Assembly (NCBI GenBank): GCA_037445535.1
Contig: JBBIKI010000001.1
Location: forward strand, 46,325 to 110,324
Reading direction: 5' to 3'
Origin: Acidobacteriota bacterium
Lineage (GTDB): Bacteria > Acidobacteriota > UBA4820 > DSQY01
Length of the DNA stretch: 64,000 nucleotides
The notes under the pieces: model-generated
The model's database searches: none
What the model was told of the DNA's origin: nothing
The model's input: the letters and a program-made list of their open reading frames with translations, nothing else
Made by a program: the position numbers and the translations under genes
Shown here: piece by piece, positions 1 to 8,433 of the stretch
Position numbering within the stretch: the stretch's first letter is position 1
Layout: every line of letters starts with the position of its first letter

Positions 1-50
1 CCCAGCTCGGCGACGCTGACTGGGCCAAGGATCTTGTCACGAAGCTCCCC

Positions 51-698
51 GTGGTGGACGAGACGCTCGTGGCCAAGCTCCTTACCAACGGCTATGACCT
101 CTTCCTCCTGTTCATCGTGGCCATCTGGGTGGGGTCGGGGCTCGTGGCGCGGGACCGGAAGGACATGACCCTGGACGTGTTCCTGGGGAGGGCCGTGACC
201 TCCGTCCAGTACCTCTGGGCCAAAGGCGCCGCCCTCGGCGTTTTCCTGCTCCTCTTCTCGTTTCTTCCCACCCTCATCTTGGTCATCTTTCAAGTGGGGC
301 TCACGGGGCAGGCGGGGTGGCTCCTGGACCACGTCCGGGTTCTGTGGGGCACCCTGCTTTATACGGCCATCGGGCCGGGCGCCCTGGTTCTCTTCATGCT
401 CGCCCTCTCGTCCATGGCACGCTCACCCCGCGTGGTGGGGCTGGCCTTCATCGCCCTCGTCTTCTTTGGAGACATGGCCTGCGGCGTGGTGTACGCCATC
501 ACCAAGGTGAGCGCGGTCTGGTTTTTCTCTCTTTCGCGGGAGCTCACCGCCCTGGCCTCCCTTTGCTTGGGGGCACCGCCCCCCTTCGCCTCGGCGGATC
601 TCCACCCGGCCCTCGTGGCCCTGTTCTTCGCGGGCCTCGCCACCGCCAGCTTGGCGGTATTGTGGGCTCGGTTCTCGCGCCGCGGGGTGCTGCGGTGA
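51..698 (+). CDS. ABC-2 type transporter permease (reading frame is open to the window edge, so the 5' end may lie outside)
   Basis: Highly hydrophobic 215-aa product with multiple predicted TM helices. Its stop overlaps (GTGA) the start of the downstream ABC ATPase. No in-frame stop between position 3 and 51. Confidence 0.55.
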   Translation: MVDETLVAKLLTNGYDLFLLFIVAIWVGSGLVARDRKDMTLDVFLGRAVTSVQYLWAKGAALGVFLLLFSFLPTLILVIFQVGLTGQAGWLLDHVRVLWGTLLYTAIGPGALVLFMLALSSMARSPRVVGLAFIALVFFGDMACGVVYAITKVSAVWFFSLSRELTALASLCLGAPPPFASADLHPALVALFFAGLATASLAVLWARFSRRGVLR

Positions 699-1609
699 TC
701 CGCGTGCAAAGCGTCTCCAAGTGGTATGGGCTGGTGGTGGGCGTGAACCGCATCTCCCTGTCTGTGGAGCCAGGAGTCACGGGCCTTCTTGGGGTCAACG
801 GCGCGGGCAAGAGCACGCTCCTCAACCTCATGGCGGGCCTCCTCAGGCCCAGCTCTGGCACCGTGGACCTGGACGGCAAACCCATGTTCGCCAACCCCGA
901 GGCCCTGAAGTCCCTGGGCTACTGTCCAAGCCCCGATCACTTCTATGAGGACGTGACGGGGCTGGAGTTCGTGGCGTACCTGGGCCGCCTCTCGGGGCTC
1001 TCCCCGGCGCAGGCCCGCGAGCGGGCCGTGGAGGCGTGCCGCGAGGTAGCCCTGGGGGAGGAAGCGGGCAAGAAGGTCCGGGCCATGAGCAAGGGCATGC
1101 GGCAGAAAGTGAAAATGGCCCAGGCGCTGGTGCACGATCCGCCGGTTCTCCTGCTGGACGAACCCCTCAACGGCATGGACCCGCCGAGTCGCGCCCAGGC
1201 CATCGAGGCCATCCGGCGGTGGGGCCAGCAGGGCAAGTCTGTCCTCGTCTCCTCCCATATGCTTCACGAAGTGGAGGCTATGACGAGCCGCATCCTCCTC
1301 CTTCACCACGGCAAACTCCTGGCCTCAGGGGAAGTGCCCCAGGTGAGGCAGGCCATCGCTTCCAGGCCCATGAACGTATTCGTTCGGTGCGCCGACGCGA
1401 GGAACCTGGCCGCGGCCCTCATCACCTGGCCCTGCGTTCAATCCGTGTCCTTCGGCACGGAGGGCAAAGCCCTCACCACGGAGGTGACGGACATGGGCGA
1501 CTTCCGCGTGCGGCTCGGTGACCTCATGGCGGACCGGGAGCTGGGTTTAGAGATCCTCAACCCCCTCGACGACAACTTGTCCGCCGTCTTCTCCTATTTG
1601 GTGGCGTGA
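695..1609 (+). CDS. ABC transporter ATP-binding protein
   Basis: Walker A GVNGAGKST, ABC signature and Walker B LLLDEP. The six-frame ORF 317-1609 has a spurious upstream extension; the GTG at 695 (VIRVQSVSKWYG) overlaps the permease stop. Confidence 0.85.
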   Translation: MIRVQSVSKWYGLVVGVNRISLSVEPGVTGLLGVNGAGKSTLLNLMAGLLRPSSGTVDLDGKPMFANPEALKSLGYCPSPDHFYEDVTGLEFVAYLGRLSGLSPAQARERAVEACREVALGEEAGKKVRAMSKGMRQKVKMAQALVHDPPVLLLDEPLNGMDPPSRAQAIEAIRRWGQQGKSVLVSSHMLHEVEAMTSRILLLHHGKLLASGEVPQVRQAIASRPMNVFVRCADARNLAAALITWPCVQSVSFGTEGKALTTEVTDMGDFRVRLGDLMADRELGLEILNPLDDNLSAVFSYLVA

Positions 1610-2409
1610 TGATTGAAGGACCAGTGCGGGCGATCTTCGGCTTCACGGCTCGGGGCATGACTTGCTCCGTGAAGGGCTGGCTCTTCGGCCTGCTCCTCGT
1701 TCTGCCCTGGGCCGCGGCCCTCCTTCTGCGCCTGCTCATCTGGAAGGGCGTCCAGGTGCCGATGGGCGGAGTGACCCTCTACGGCATTCTGGTTTTGGCC
1801 TATGTCACGGGGTTCCTCGTGCCCATCGCCACTCTCTTTTTCGGTACCTCCCTGGTGGCCGACGAGGTGGAGGGCGGCACCTTGCCCTACCTCTTTGGCC
1901 GGCCCCTTCGGCGGGAGAAGATCTTCCTCGCCAAGGTGGCCGCCATGACGGTGGTTCTCGCCGCGGGGTGCTGGCTTTCCATTCTGGGCACCTACCTGCT
2001 GTCCCTGTCCCTCGACGGCGCCGGTGCCCTGGGACGGGGAGCGGGAACCCTCCTAGGAGATCTAGCTACCACGGCCCTGGCGGTGGCGGCTTACGGGGCG
2101 CTCTTCGCCTTTCTCGGCTTGGCCATGAAGAAGCCCCTCTTTTGGGGCCTCATCATCGGCTTCGGCTGGGAGAACCTCGTGGCATGGCTGCCGGGCTTCC
2201 TCAAGCGCCTGACCCTCCTTTTCCACCTCCATACGCTTCTGCCTCACAGCGCCGCCCCCCAGGGTGTCGTCCAGCAGATGCTCGCCTCCAGCGAATCCCG
2301 CATCACCGCCCTCGCTTTTCTCCTGGGCTACACGGCGCTCTTTCTGGGCCTAGGGTGCGTCCTCATCAGGCGCATGGAAGCAAGCGCCGCGGAGCGCGAA
2401 GGGGGATGA
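1606..2409 (+). CDS. ABC-2 family permease (second membrane subunit)
   Basis: 267-aa polytopic membrane protein. ATGA start/stop overlap with the ATPase gene. Confidence 0.7.
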   Translation: MMIEGPVRAIFGFTARGMTCSVKGWLFGLLLVLPWAAALLLRLLIWKGVQVPMGGVTLYGILVLAYVTGFLVPIATLFFGTSLVADEVEGGTLPYLFGRPLRREKIFLAKVAAMTVVLAAGCWLSILGTYLLSLSLDGAGALGRGAGTLLGDLATTALAVAAYGALFAFLGLAMKKPLFWGLIIGFGWENLVAWLPGFLKRLTLLFHLHTLLPHSAAPQGVVQQMLASSESRITALAFLLGYTALFLGLGCVLIRRMEASAAEREGG

Positions 2410-2425
2410 CCCCCACGAGGCGAAG

Positions 2426-2908
2426 GTGACCGCCGGCGCCAGGGCAACGCCCCGGCTCTGGGCCGTCCGAAACTCTCCCATTCACGGCAAGGGGATTTTC
2501 GCCCGGTGCGCCATCGCCGCGGGAGCCCGCATCATCGAATACACGGGGGAGCGCCTCTCAGGAGATGAAGCCTCGGCGCGTTACGGCGGCGAAGGTTCGG
2601 GCCCGGTGCACGTGGTCCTCTTTTCCCTTGAGGATGGCATGGCTATTGATGGGGGCCGCGGGGGCAACGAGGCCCGGTTCATTAATCATTCATGCCAGCC
2701 CTCGTGCCAGGCCGTGGAGGAGGAGGGACGCATTTTCATCGAGGCCCTCCGGACCATCGCGCCAGGTGAGGAGCTGACCTACGACTATCACCTGGAGCTT
2801 CCGGGCCGCCACACCCGCGCCGTCAAGGCGCGCTATCCCTGCCACTGCGGCGCCCCCAAGTGCCGGGGCACCTTGCTGGCACCCAAGGGCCGGGCCCGCC
2901 AGGGCTAG
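2426..2908 (+). CDS. SET-domain protein-lysine N-methyltransferase-like protein
   Basis: RFINHSCQPS (NHSC motif), ELTYDY, and a post-SET Cys cluster CHCGAPKCRG. Begins only 16 nt after the ABC permease stop. Confidence 0.8.
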   Translation: MTAGARATPRLWAVRNSPIHGKGIFARCAIAAGARIIEYTGERLSGDEASARYGGEGSGPVHVVLFSLEDGMAIDGGRGGNEARFINHSCQPSCQAVEEEGRIFIEALRTIAPGEELTYDYHLELPGRHTRAVKARYPCHCGAPKCRGTLLAPKGRARQG

Positions 2909-2928
2909 CGAGGCTCGCCCGGAACGGG

Positions 2929-2951
2929 AAAAGGGCGGGCTGGGCCCGCCC
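2929..2951 (-). terminator. Rho-independent terminator (GC hairpin GGGCGGGC-TGG-GCCCGCCC with a U-tract on the minus strand) between convergent SET and sod genes
   Basis: 8-bp perfect GC stem with a 3-nt loop. AAAA on the plus strand gives UUUU after the hairpin on the minus strand, immediately downstream of the sod stop. Confidence 0.5.
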
Positions 2952-2993
2952 TTGCCGGCCGTCTCATCATGTCCCTGCGGGGTGCTTGGAGAC

Positions 2994-3611
2994 CTAGAAC
3001 CTAGCGGGGATTTTCCCGGCGGAAGCCTCCTCGTAGCGCTGGCTCACGGCGTCCCAGTTGATGTTCTCGGCGAAGGCCTTGATGTAGTCGGGACGGCCCG
3101 TGGCGGTCTGGTCGACCATGTAGGCGTGCTCCCATACGTCCATGACCAGGATCGGCACGAACCCGGCCACGTTGCCCTCCTCGTGGAGCTGGACGAAGTG
3201 GTTGGCCAGGACGCCCGCGGCGGGGTCGAGGTAGAGGATGGCCCAGCCGATGGAGCGGGAAGCGCCCGTCTTGGCGAAGTCGTCCTTCCATGCATCGAAG
3301 GAGCCGAACTGCGCGGCCAGGGCGGTCTTCAGCGCCGAGGCGTTGGCCGGTTCGGCCACGCCCGCCTTCAGGTTGCCGAAGTAGTACTCGTGCAGAACCA
3401 TGCCATTGAATTCGAATCCGAAGCGGCGGCGGCGGTCGGCGTAGAGCGGCGAGGCGCCTTTGCCGTCTTTTCGCAGGGCTTCCAGCTCGGTGAGGAGCCC
3501 ATTGGTGTTGGCTACGTAGCCTTCGTAAAGCTTCCAGTGCTGCGCGATTTGATTCTCCGAGATGCCTTTGAGTCCAGACGGTTTGAGGTGGACTTTCACT
3601 TCGTAGGCCAT
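2994..3611 (-). CDS. sod: Fe/Mn-family superoxide dismutase
   Basis: 205 aa, with QHWKLYEGYV, FEFNGMVLHEYYF and DVWEHAYMVDQ motifs. Strong RBS AAAGGAGGAATTTCC before the ATG. Confidence 0.9.
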   Translation of the reverse strand: MAYEVKVHLKPSGLKGISENQIAQHWKLYEGYVANTNGLLTELEALRKDGKGASPLYADRRRRFGFEFNGMVLHEYYFGNLKAGVAEPANASALKTALAAQFGSFDAWKDDFAKTGASRSIGWAILYLDPAAGVLANHFVQLHEEGNVAGFVPILVMDVWEHAYMVDQTATGRPDYIKAFAENINWDAVSQRYEEASAGKIPARF

Positions 3612-3848
3612 GGAAATTCCTCCTTTATGTGTGGGCGGGCAGGGGACCGGAAGGGTTCCGGCTCCGGTCGTTTGCGGGAAAAGGGACGAGGGCGGTCTGT
3701 TGCCCCGAGGGCAGAGAAGGGCGGCTGTACGTGAAGCTGCTGCATGTCATCGCTCTTCCCCCCCGGGCGAAGTGTTTGAAACAAAGTACTCCTGAGGTGA
3801 AACGGAGGGCCCTGGCGCGCTATTCCAAGAGCAGGCGTCATCACTGCA

Positions 3849-5267
3849 TCACCGGAGTGCGGCTGTAGGGACGCCGCCGTCCGACGGTCTTTTTCCCGTC
3901 CACAGCCTGAATTGCAGCGCCGCCTGAGGCACGAGCATGGCCTCGCCGGGGATCGCCTCCAGCCCCCTCGCGGCCGCCGTCTGGAGCAGGGGCGTGCTCC
4001 CCGCCCGAACAACCATGTCCAGGACCCACCGGCCCGAAAGCCCATCCAGAGGATAGGGGGTTTCATCACCCTCGCGGCCTAAGGGTGTGGCGTTGATGAG
4101 GAGGTCCCAGGAGCTCGAACCCCTGTGTTCCCAGGAAACAGGCTCCGCGCCGAATCGGAACGCGAACGCGTTTGTTTTGGCTTCGTCCCGGCCCGCCACC
4201 CCCACGGGACCCCTCGCCGCCATCGCCAGGGCCGCCGCCGCCGCGGCTCCTCCGCAGCCGAGGACGAGGGTTCGGGTTCCACGGGGTACCTTCCTAAGGG
4301 CCCGGCGCACTCCGTAGACGTCCGTGTTGGCGGCGATCCAGCCCTCCTTTTCCGCCACGAGGGTGTTGCAGGCGCCCGCGCGCCGCACCAGTCGTGAGGC
4401 GCGGACGGCCAGGGAGGAGGCGGTTCCCTTGTGGGGGATAGTGAAAGCCACGCCCGCCAGGGGCAGGCCGCTGTCCAGGAGTTCTCGCGGGCTCATGCAT
4501 GGGAAGGGAAGATAGCGGCCGGGGAGGCGGGCCTCCTCCAGCCAGGGGTTGAAGAAGGCGGGGGTCTTGGTGAACGGCAGGGGCCAGCCCGCCAGGGCGT
4601 AGAGGGAGTCGCTCCGGCGCAGGCTGCAGGGCCTGTAAACCGACAGGAGATCCTCCAGCGCCATCTGGCCGGGCCCGGCGGGCTCGCACCCCGGGGCCGA
4701 GGCGTAGGTGGCGATGGATCCCCAGGCGAGGGCCAAGATGCGCGAGGGGCATCCCGGCGTTCCCATGGCGAAGGCGCAGAGATCGCCGCGCCCGCGCTCA
4801 CGGCCGAGCAGGCTCAGTACGGCCAAAGTGGCGGACACATCGCGTGCCGTGGGCACGAGCTTGTATGCCGCCGCCCGCCGGGAGCGAAGGCGTGAGAGGA
4901 GGCCTTCGAGGTCCGGCGGGGTTCCGTCCATGCCGTGCCAGGAGACCACGAGACGGGAGGGGTCAAGGCCGCCAGTCCGCTCAGGTTCGGCCTCCGCGAA
5001 GGGCACGTCCACCCAAGCGCCGAGGCTCTGGGCCCGCTGGAGCAGAGGCCCCTCGTGGGGCCTGAGCCCGTCGCGGTGGCCCGAGACGAGCAGCGGCATC
5101 TCCTCGGCAAGGGACAGCAGAGCGTAAGGATCTTGCCCCGGGGCCAAGAGATCCAGGCGCACCTCGGCGCGATCTGCTCCCGACGCCATGGCCGCCCTGG
5201 CCGCGGCGGCGGCCTGGGTGACGGTAAGGGCGGCGGCGGTGGCGATGACGGGTCCCAGGCGTTCCAT
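3849..5267 (-). CDS. aroDE: Bifunctional 3-dehydroquinate dehydratase (type I) / shikimate 5-dehydrogenase (AroD-AroE fusion)
   Basis: N-terminal half has type-I DHQase features (AEVRLDLL, VVSWHGMDGTP, Schiff-base Lys in AAYKLV, AMGTPGCPSRIL). C-terminal half has shikimate DH motifs (FTIPHK, NTD, GCGGAAAAAA Rossmann). 472 aa. Confidence 0.8.
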   Translation of the reverse strand: MERLGPVIATAAALTVTQAAAAARAAMASGADRAEVRLDLLAPGQDPYALLSLAEEMPLLVSGHRDGLRPHEGPLLQRAQSLGAWVDVPFAEAEPERTGGLDPSRLVVSWHGMDGTPPDLEGLLSRLRSRRAAAYKLVPTARDVSATLAVLSLLGRERGRGDLCAFAMGTPGCPSRILALAWGSIATYASAPGCEPAGPGQMALEDLLSVYRPCSLRRSDSLYALAGWPLPFTKTPAFFNPWLEEARLPGRYLPFPCMSPRELLDSGLPLAGVAFTIPHKGTASSLAVRASRLVRRAGACNTLVAEKEGWIAANTDVYGVRRALRKVPRGTRTLVLGCGGAAAAAALAMAARGPVGVAGRDEAKTNAFAFRFGAEPVSWEHRGSSSWDLLINATPLGREGDETPYPLDGLSGRWVLDMVVRAGSTPLLQTAAARGLEAIPGEAMLVPQAALQFRLWTGKRPSDGGVPTAALR

Positions 5268-5332
5268 GGCTGAAGTATACTTGTCCCTGCACCGCCTAGA
5301 AACCGCGGGAGCACCCGCACGGGAGAGAATCC

Positions 5333-5911
5333 ATGAGCTTGCAGCGCGCGTTTGAGGCCGAACGGAGGGCGATTCGGGAAAATCTGCGGCGGCAGGAGGA
5401 GGCCCTGGAGGCGCTCCAGGGTTCCATCCTCGAGGCGGCGGAGCTCCTGCGCGCCTGCCTATCTTCGGGCGGCAAGGTCCTCTTCTTCGGCAACGGCGGC
5501 AGCGCGGCCGACGCCCAGCACTGGGCCGCCGAACTCACGGGCCGTTACTTGCGCGAGCGCCCTGGGATGGCAGCCCTCGCCCTCACTACGGACACCTCCG
5601 CCCTCACAGCCATCGGCAACGACTACGGCTTCGGCCAGGTCTTCGCCCGCCAGGTGGAGGCCCTGGCCCGCCCCGGCGACGCGGCCGTGGGTGTCTCCAC
5701 CTCCGGCAACTCGCCCAACGTCCACGCGGCCCTGGAGCGAGCCAAAGCCCAGGGGTGCAAGACGGTGGCCGTTCTAGGCCGGGACGGGGGCACCATCGCT
5801 GCCCTCGTGGACGTGGCCCTCGTCTATGGAGCGAGCGAAACCCCTCGCATCCAGGAGTTTCACGCCGTCCTCGGCCACGTGCTCTGCGCCCTCGTCGAAT
5901 CGGAACCCTAG
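5333..5911 (+). CDS. gmhA: SIS-domain phosphoheptose isomerase (GmhA/DiaA family)
   Basis: 192 aa. [23 protein letters not shown] and STSGNSPNV match the GmhA SIS domain. Confidence 0.8.
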   Translation: MSLQRAFEAERRAIRENLRRQEEALEALQGSILEAAELLRACLSSGGKVLFFGNGGSAADAQHWAAELTGRYLRERPGMAALALTTDTSALTAIGNDYGFGQVFARQVEALARPGDAAVGVSTSGNSPNVHAALERAKAQGCKTVAVLGRDGGTIAALVDVALVYGASETPRIQEFHAVLGHVLCALVESEP

Positions 5912-5935
5912 CCTGCTGGCGGCTCTCCTCGGCCC

Positions 5936-7141
5936 TCACGCCTCCCGGAACGCCCTGCTCATCCACGCTGCAGGGGCGCACAGAGCCGCCCCCACGGCGA
6001 TGACCCCGAAGATGACGTTCACCGGCACCGCTGTGGCCACCAGGCCCGTGAGGCCCGAGGAGGCAGCTGTGAGGCCCAGGACGGTGATGCCAATAAGGGC
6101 GAAGATGCGGCCGAGCTGCTCCGGGGGGGTGATGCGCTGGACGAGGCTGGACCGGGTCACGGTGATGAGGGGGACGGAGATCCCGTGCAGGCCGATGGCC
6201 AGCCCCGCCGCCCAAAGGTGGCTGATCCACAGAAGGGGCAGGTAGGTGATGCCGTCCAGGAAGATGCCCGCCATGAGGACCTTGCCCTGGCCCATGCGCC
6301 GGTTGAGCCACGCCGTGAGGGGCAGGCCCAGGAAGACCCCCGCCGCCAGGGCCGCCTCCATGAGGGCGTACTCGGTTCCCGTGCCGCCGTACCTTCCCTT
6401 CACGAGGAGGGGCGTGCCCACGATGGCGGGCCCCATGATGAAGAGATTGTCCACCGCCGTGATGATGAGGAGCCACCGGAGGCGCACGTCCCGCCATGCC
6501 GCCGTGAAGCCCTCCATGATGGCCTTCACGGGCGGCGCCGCCTCGCGCTTCTCCGCATGGAGGCGCGGGAGGGCCAGGAGGAACGCCACGGAAACGAGGA
6601 ACAACAGGCCCACGCCACCCATGAGGTTCTCGGGGGAAACCCACGCCAGGAACACGGAACACAGGGCCGGGCCGAAGAGCCAGCCCATGGGGACGCTGAC
6701 CTGGATGAGGGCATTGGCCCGGACCAGGTCCTCCTTCGCCACGAGGGCGGGGATGTAGGCGTCCCTCGCGGGGTTGAAGAAGGCCGAGGCCGTGAAGAGG
6801 CAGAACCCCGCGGCCGCAAGGACCCAGGGGTTCAAAAGGTGCAGATGGCCTAGGAGGGGCACGCAGAGGGCGATGGCCGCGCGGGTGCCGTCCGAAGCCA
6901 CCATTAGGCCGCGCCGGGGGAAGCGGTCCGCGGCCAGGCCGCCGATCATGCCGAAGAGGAGGATGGGGAGGTAGTTGAGCGTGGCCACGACGCCCACCAG
7001 GGCCTTGTTGCCGGTCATGCCCAGGACGGACCAGAGGAGGAGGATCCCGAAGGCCGCGTCGCCCATCTGCGAGGCTATTTGCGCCGAGAGGAGGAGCCAC
7101 ACGCCTTTCGGAGTCCTACCGGCTGAATGCCCTGTGGCCAT
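5936..7141 (-). CDS. MFS transporter
   Basis: 401 aa with about 12 predicted TM helices and the MFS loop motif ADRFPRRG. Confidence 0.8.
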   Translation of the reverse strand: MATGHSAGRTPKGVWLLLSAQIASQMGDAAFGILLLWSVLGMTGNKALVGVVATLNYLPILLFGMIGGLAADRFPRRGLMVASDGTRAAIALCVPLLGHLHLLNPWVLAAAGFCLFTASAFFNPARDAYIPALVAKEDLVRANALIQVSVPMGWLFGPALCSVFLAWVSPENLMGGVGLLFLVSVAFLLALPRLHAEKREAAPPVKAIMEGFTAAWRDVRLRWLLIITAVDNLFIMGPAIVGTPLLVKGRYGGTGTEYALMEAALAAGVFLGLPLTAWLNRRMGQGKVLMAGIFLDGITYLPLLWISHLWAAGLAIGLHGISVPLITVTRSSLVQRITPPEQLGRIFALIGITVLGLTAASSGLTGLVATAVPVNVIFGVIAVGAALCAPAAWMSRAFREA

Positions 7142-7198
7142 GGCCGGCTCCTTCCTCTTGGTCCAGCCTACCGGCGAGGACCGGTTTCGCCTCCGGCG

Positions 7199-8431
7199 TC
7201 AAGGGTGCCGCAGGAGGTTCACGCCTTCACAATTTGGCGGCGGCGGTATGCCCAGGCAGGCGCACAGGGTGGGGGCCACGTCAGCGGCGCGGACCTCCTT
7301 CAGCACACGGCCCGGGGCGAAGTCCGGCCCCTCGGCGTAGAAAATTCCTCCCATCTCCGCTAGGGCGGGGTCGTACCCGTGCATGCCGCGGGGCAGGCCG
7401 CGGTCGCCCTTTCGGTTAAAGCTGGAGAACATGGCGCCGGGCGGGCACAAGAGGACAAAATCTCCCGTGCGGGAAGGGTCGCTGTACGCGAACCGCCGCG
7501 AAGCCTCCTCCCGCGTCATGACGGCCACATCTCTGGGGAGGCGGCTCAGCCCCGAGGCAACCTGCCGCCGCTGAGACTCATTCGTGACGTAGACGTTGCA
7601 CAGGGGGCCCGAGGGGGCGATGAACGGGAAATAGCCCTCCTTGGGGATAACCTTCACCACGTCCACCACGCGGTTCACCGCCGCCATGCCGTGGTCGCTC
7701 ACGACCATCAGGTCCACGGGTACGGAAGGTCCCAGGGCGGCGATGCGCGTCCGAAGCCGTCCCAGAAGCCCGTCGGCGGCGGCCATGGCCCTGTGCACGC
7801 CGTCCGAGTCCGGGCCCTCGCCGTGTCCGGCCCCGTCGGCACCCGAGGTCCAGGCCATGATGAGGCGCGGGCGCTCGGCAGCTGGCTTTCGCAGAAGATC
7901 GAGAATCCACTCCGCGGTCTCCGAATCGTGGTTGCCCCGGGCGTAGGGCTGAAAAAAGGCCGGCGATGTGCCGTTCCACGGGCCGCTGGAGCAGGGCCAC
8001 GAGCGGACCGCCGCCTTGCGCCCCGCCCGCTCGCTAAGGACCCAGAGGGGCGGCGCCTTCAGCCACGCCGCTTCGGGTTCGTCGGAGAACCGGCGGTCCA
8101 GGGTCCGGTCCAGAAAGGAGTTGGCCACGATGCCGTGGCGGGAGGGGCCCACGCCTGTGGCGAGGGTGGCGTGGCTGGCGAAGGTGAGGGAGGGGAACGG
8201 AGGCCTGAGCCGCCCGGCGGTCCAGCCTGACCGGGCCATGGCGGCGAAGGCGGGGAGCCGGTCCCTGCCCGGGTAGTCCCATCGCACGCCGTCCATGCTG
8301 ATCAGGACCACGGTGGGGGGCGTCTTGACAGGCGGGGCGGGCGCCGCCCCCGTGAGGAGAAGGATCAGCGCCAGCCCCAGGAGGGCTCCCAAGGCTATGA
8401 TCCCAGGACCGGTCCGCGATGTTCGTGCCAT
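7199..8431 (-). CDS. Alkaline-phosphatase-superfamily nucleotide pyrophosphatase/phosphodiesterase (type I PDE), secreted
   Basis: N-terminal signal/TM segment. Contains VVLISMDGVRWDY and TFASHATLATG, characteristic of the NPP/type-I phosphodiesterase family. Confidence 0.75.
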   Translation of the reverse strand: MARTSRTGPGIIALGALLGLALILLLTGAAPAPPVKTPPTVVLISMDGVRWDYPGRDRLPAFAAMARSGWTAGRLRPPFPSLTFASHATLATGVGPSRHGIVANSFLDRTLDRRFSDEPEAAWLKAPPLWVLSERAGRKAAVRSWPCSSGPWNGTSPAFFQPYARGNHDSETAEWILDLLRKPAAERPRLIMAWTSGADGAGHGEGPDSDGVHRAMAAADGLLGRLRTRIAALGPSVPVDLMVVSDHGMAAVNRVVDVVKVIPKEGYFPFIAPSGPLCNVYVTNESQRRQVASGLSRLPRDVAVMTREEASRRFAYSDPSRTGDFVLLCPPGAMFSSFNRKGDRGLPRGMHGYDPALAEMGGIFYAEGPDFAPGRVLKEVRAADVAPTLCACLGIPPPPNCEGVNLLRHP

Positions 8432-8433
8432 GT

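Noticed and set aside
317-694. Upstream 126-codon extension of the ABC ATPase ORF (six-frame ORF 317-1609)
   Set aside because: It overlaps the preceding permease gene in another frame. The conserved ATPase N-terminus begins at the GTG at 695, which overlaps the permease stop.
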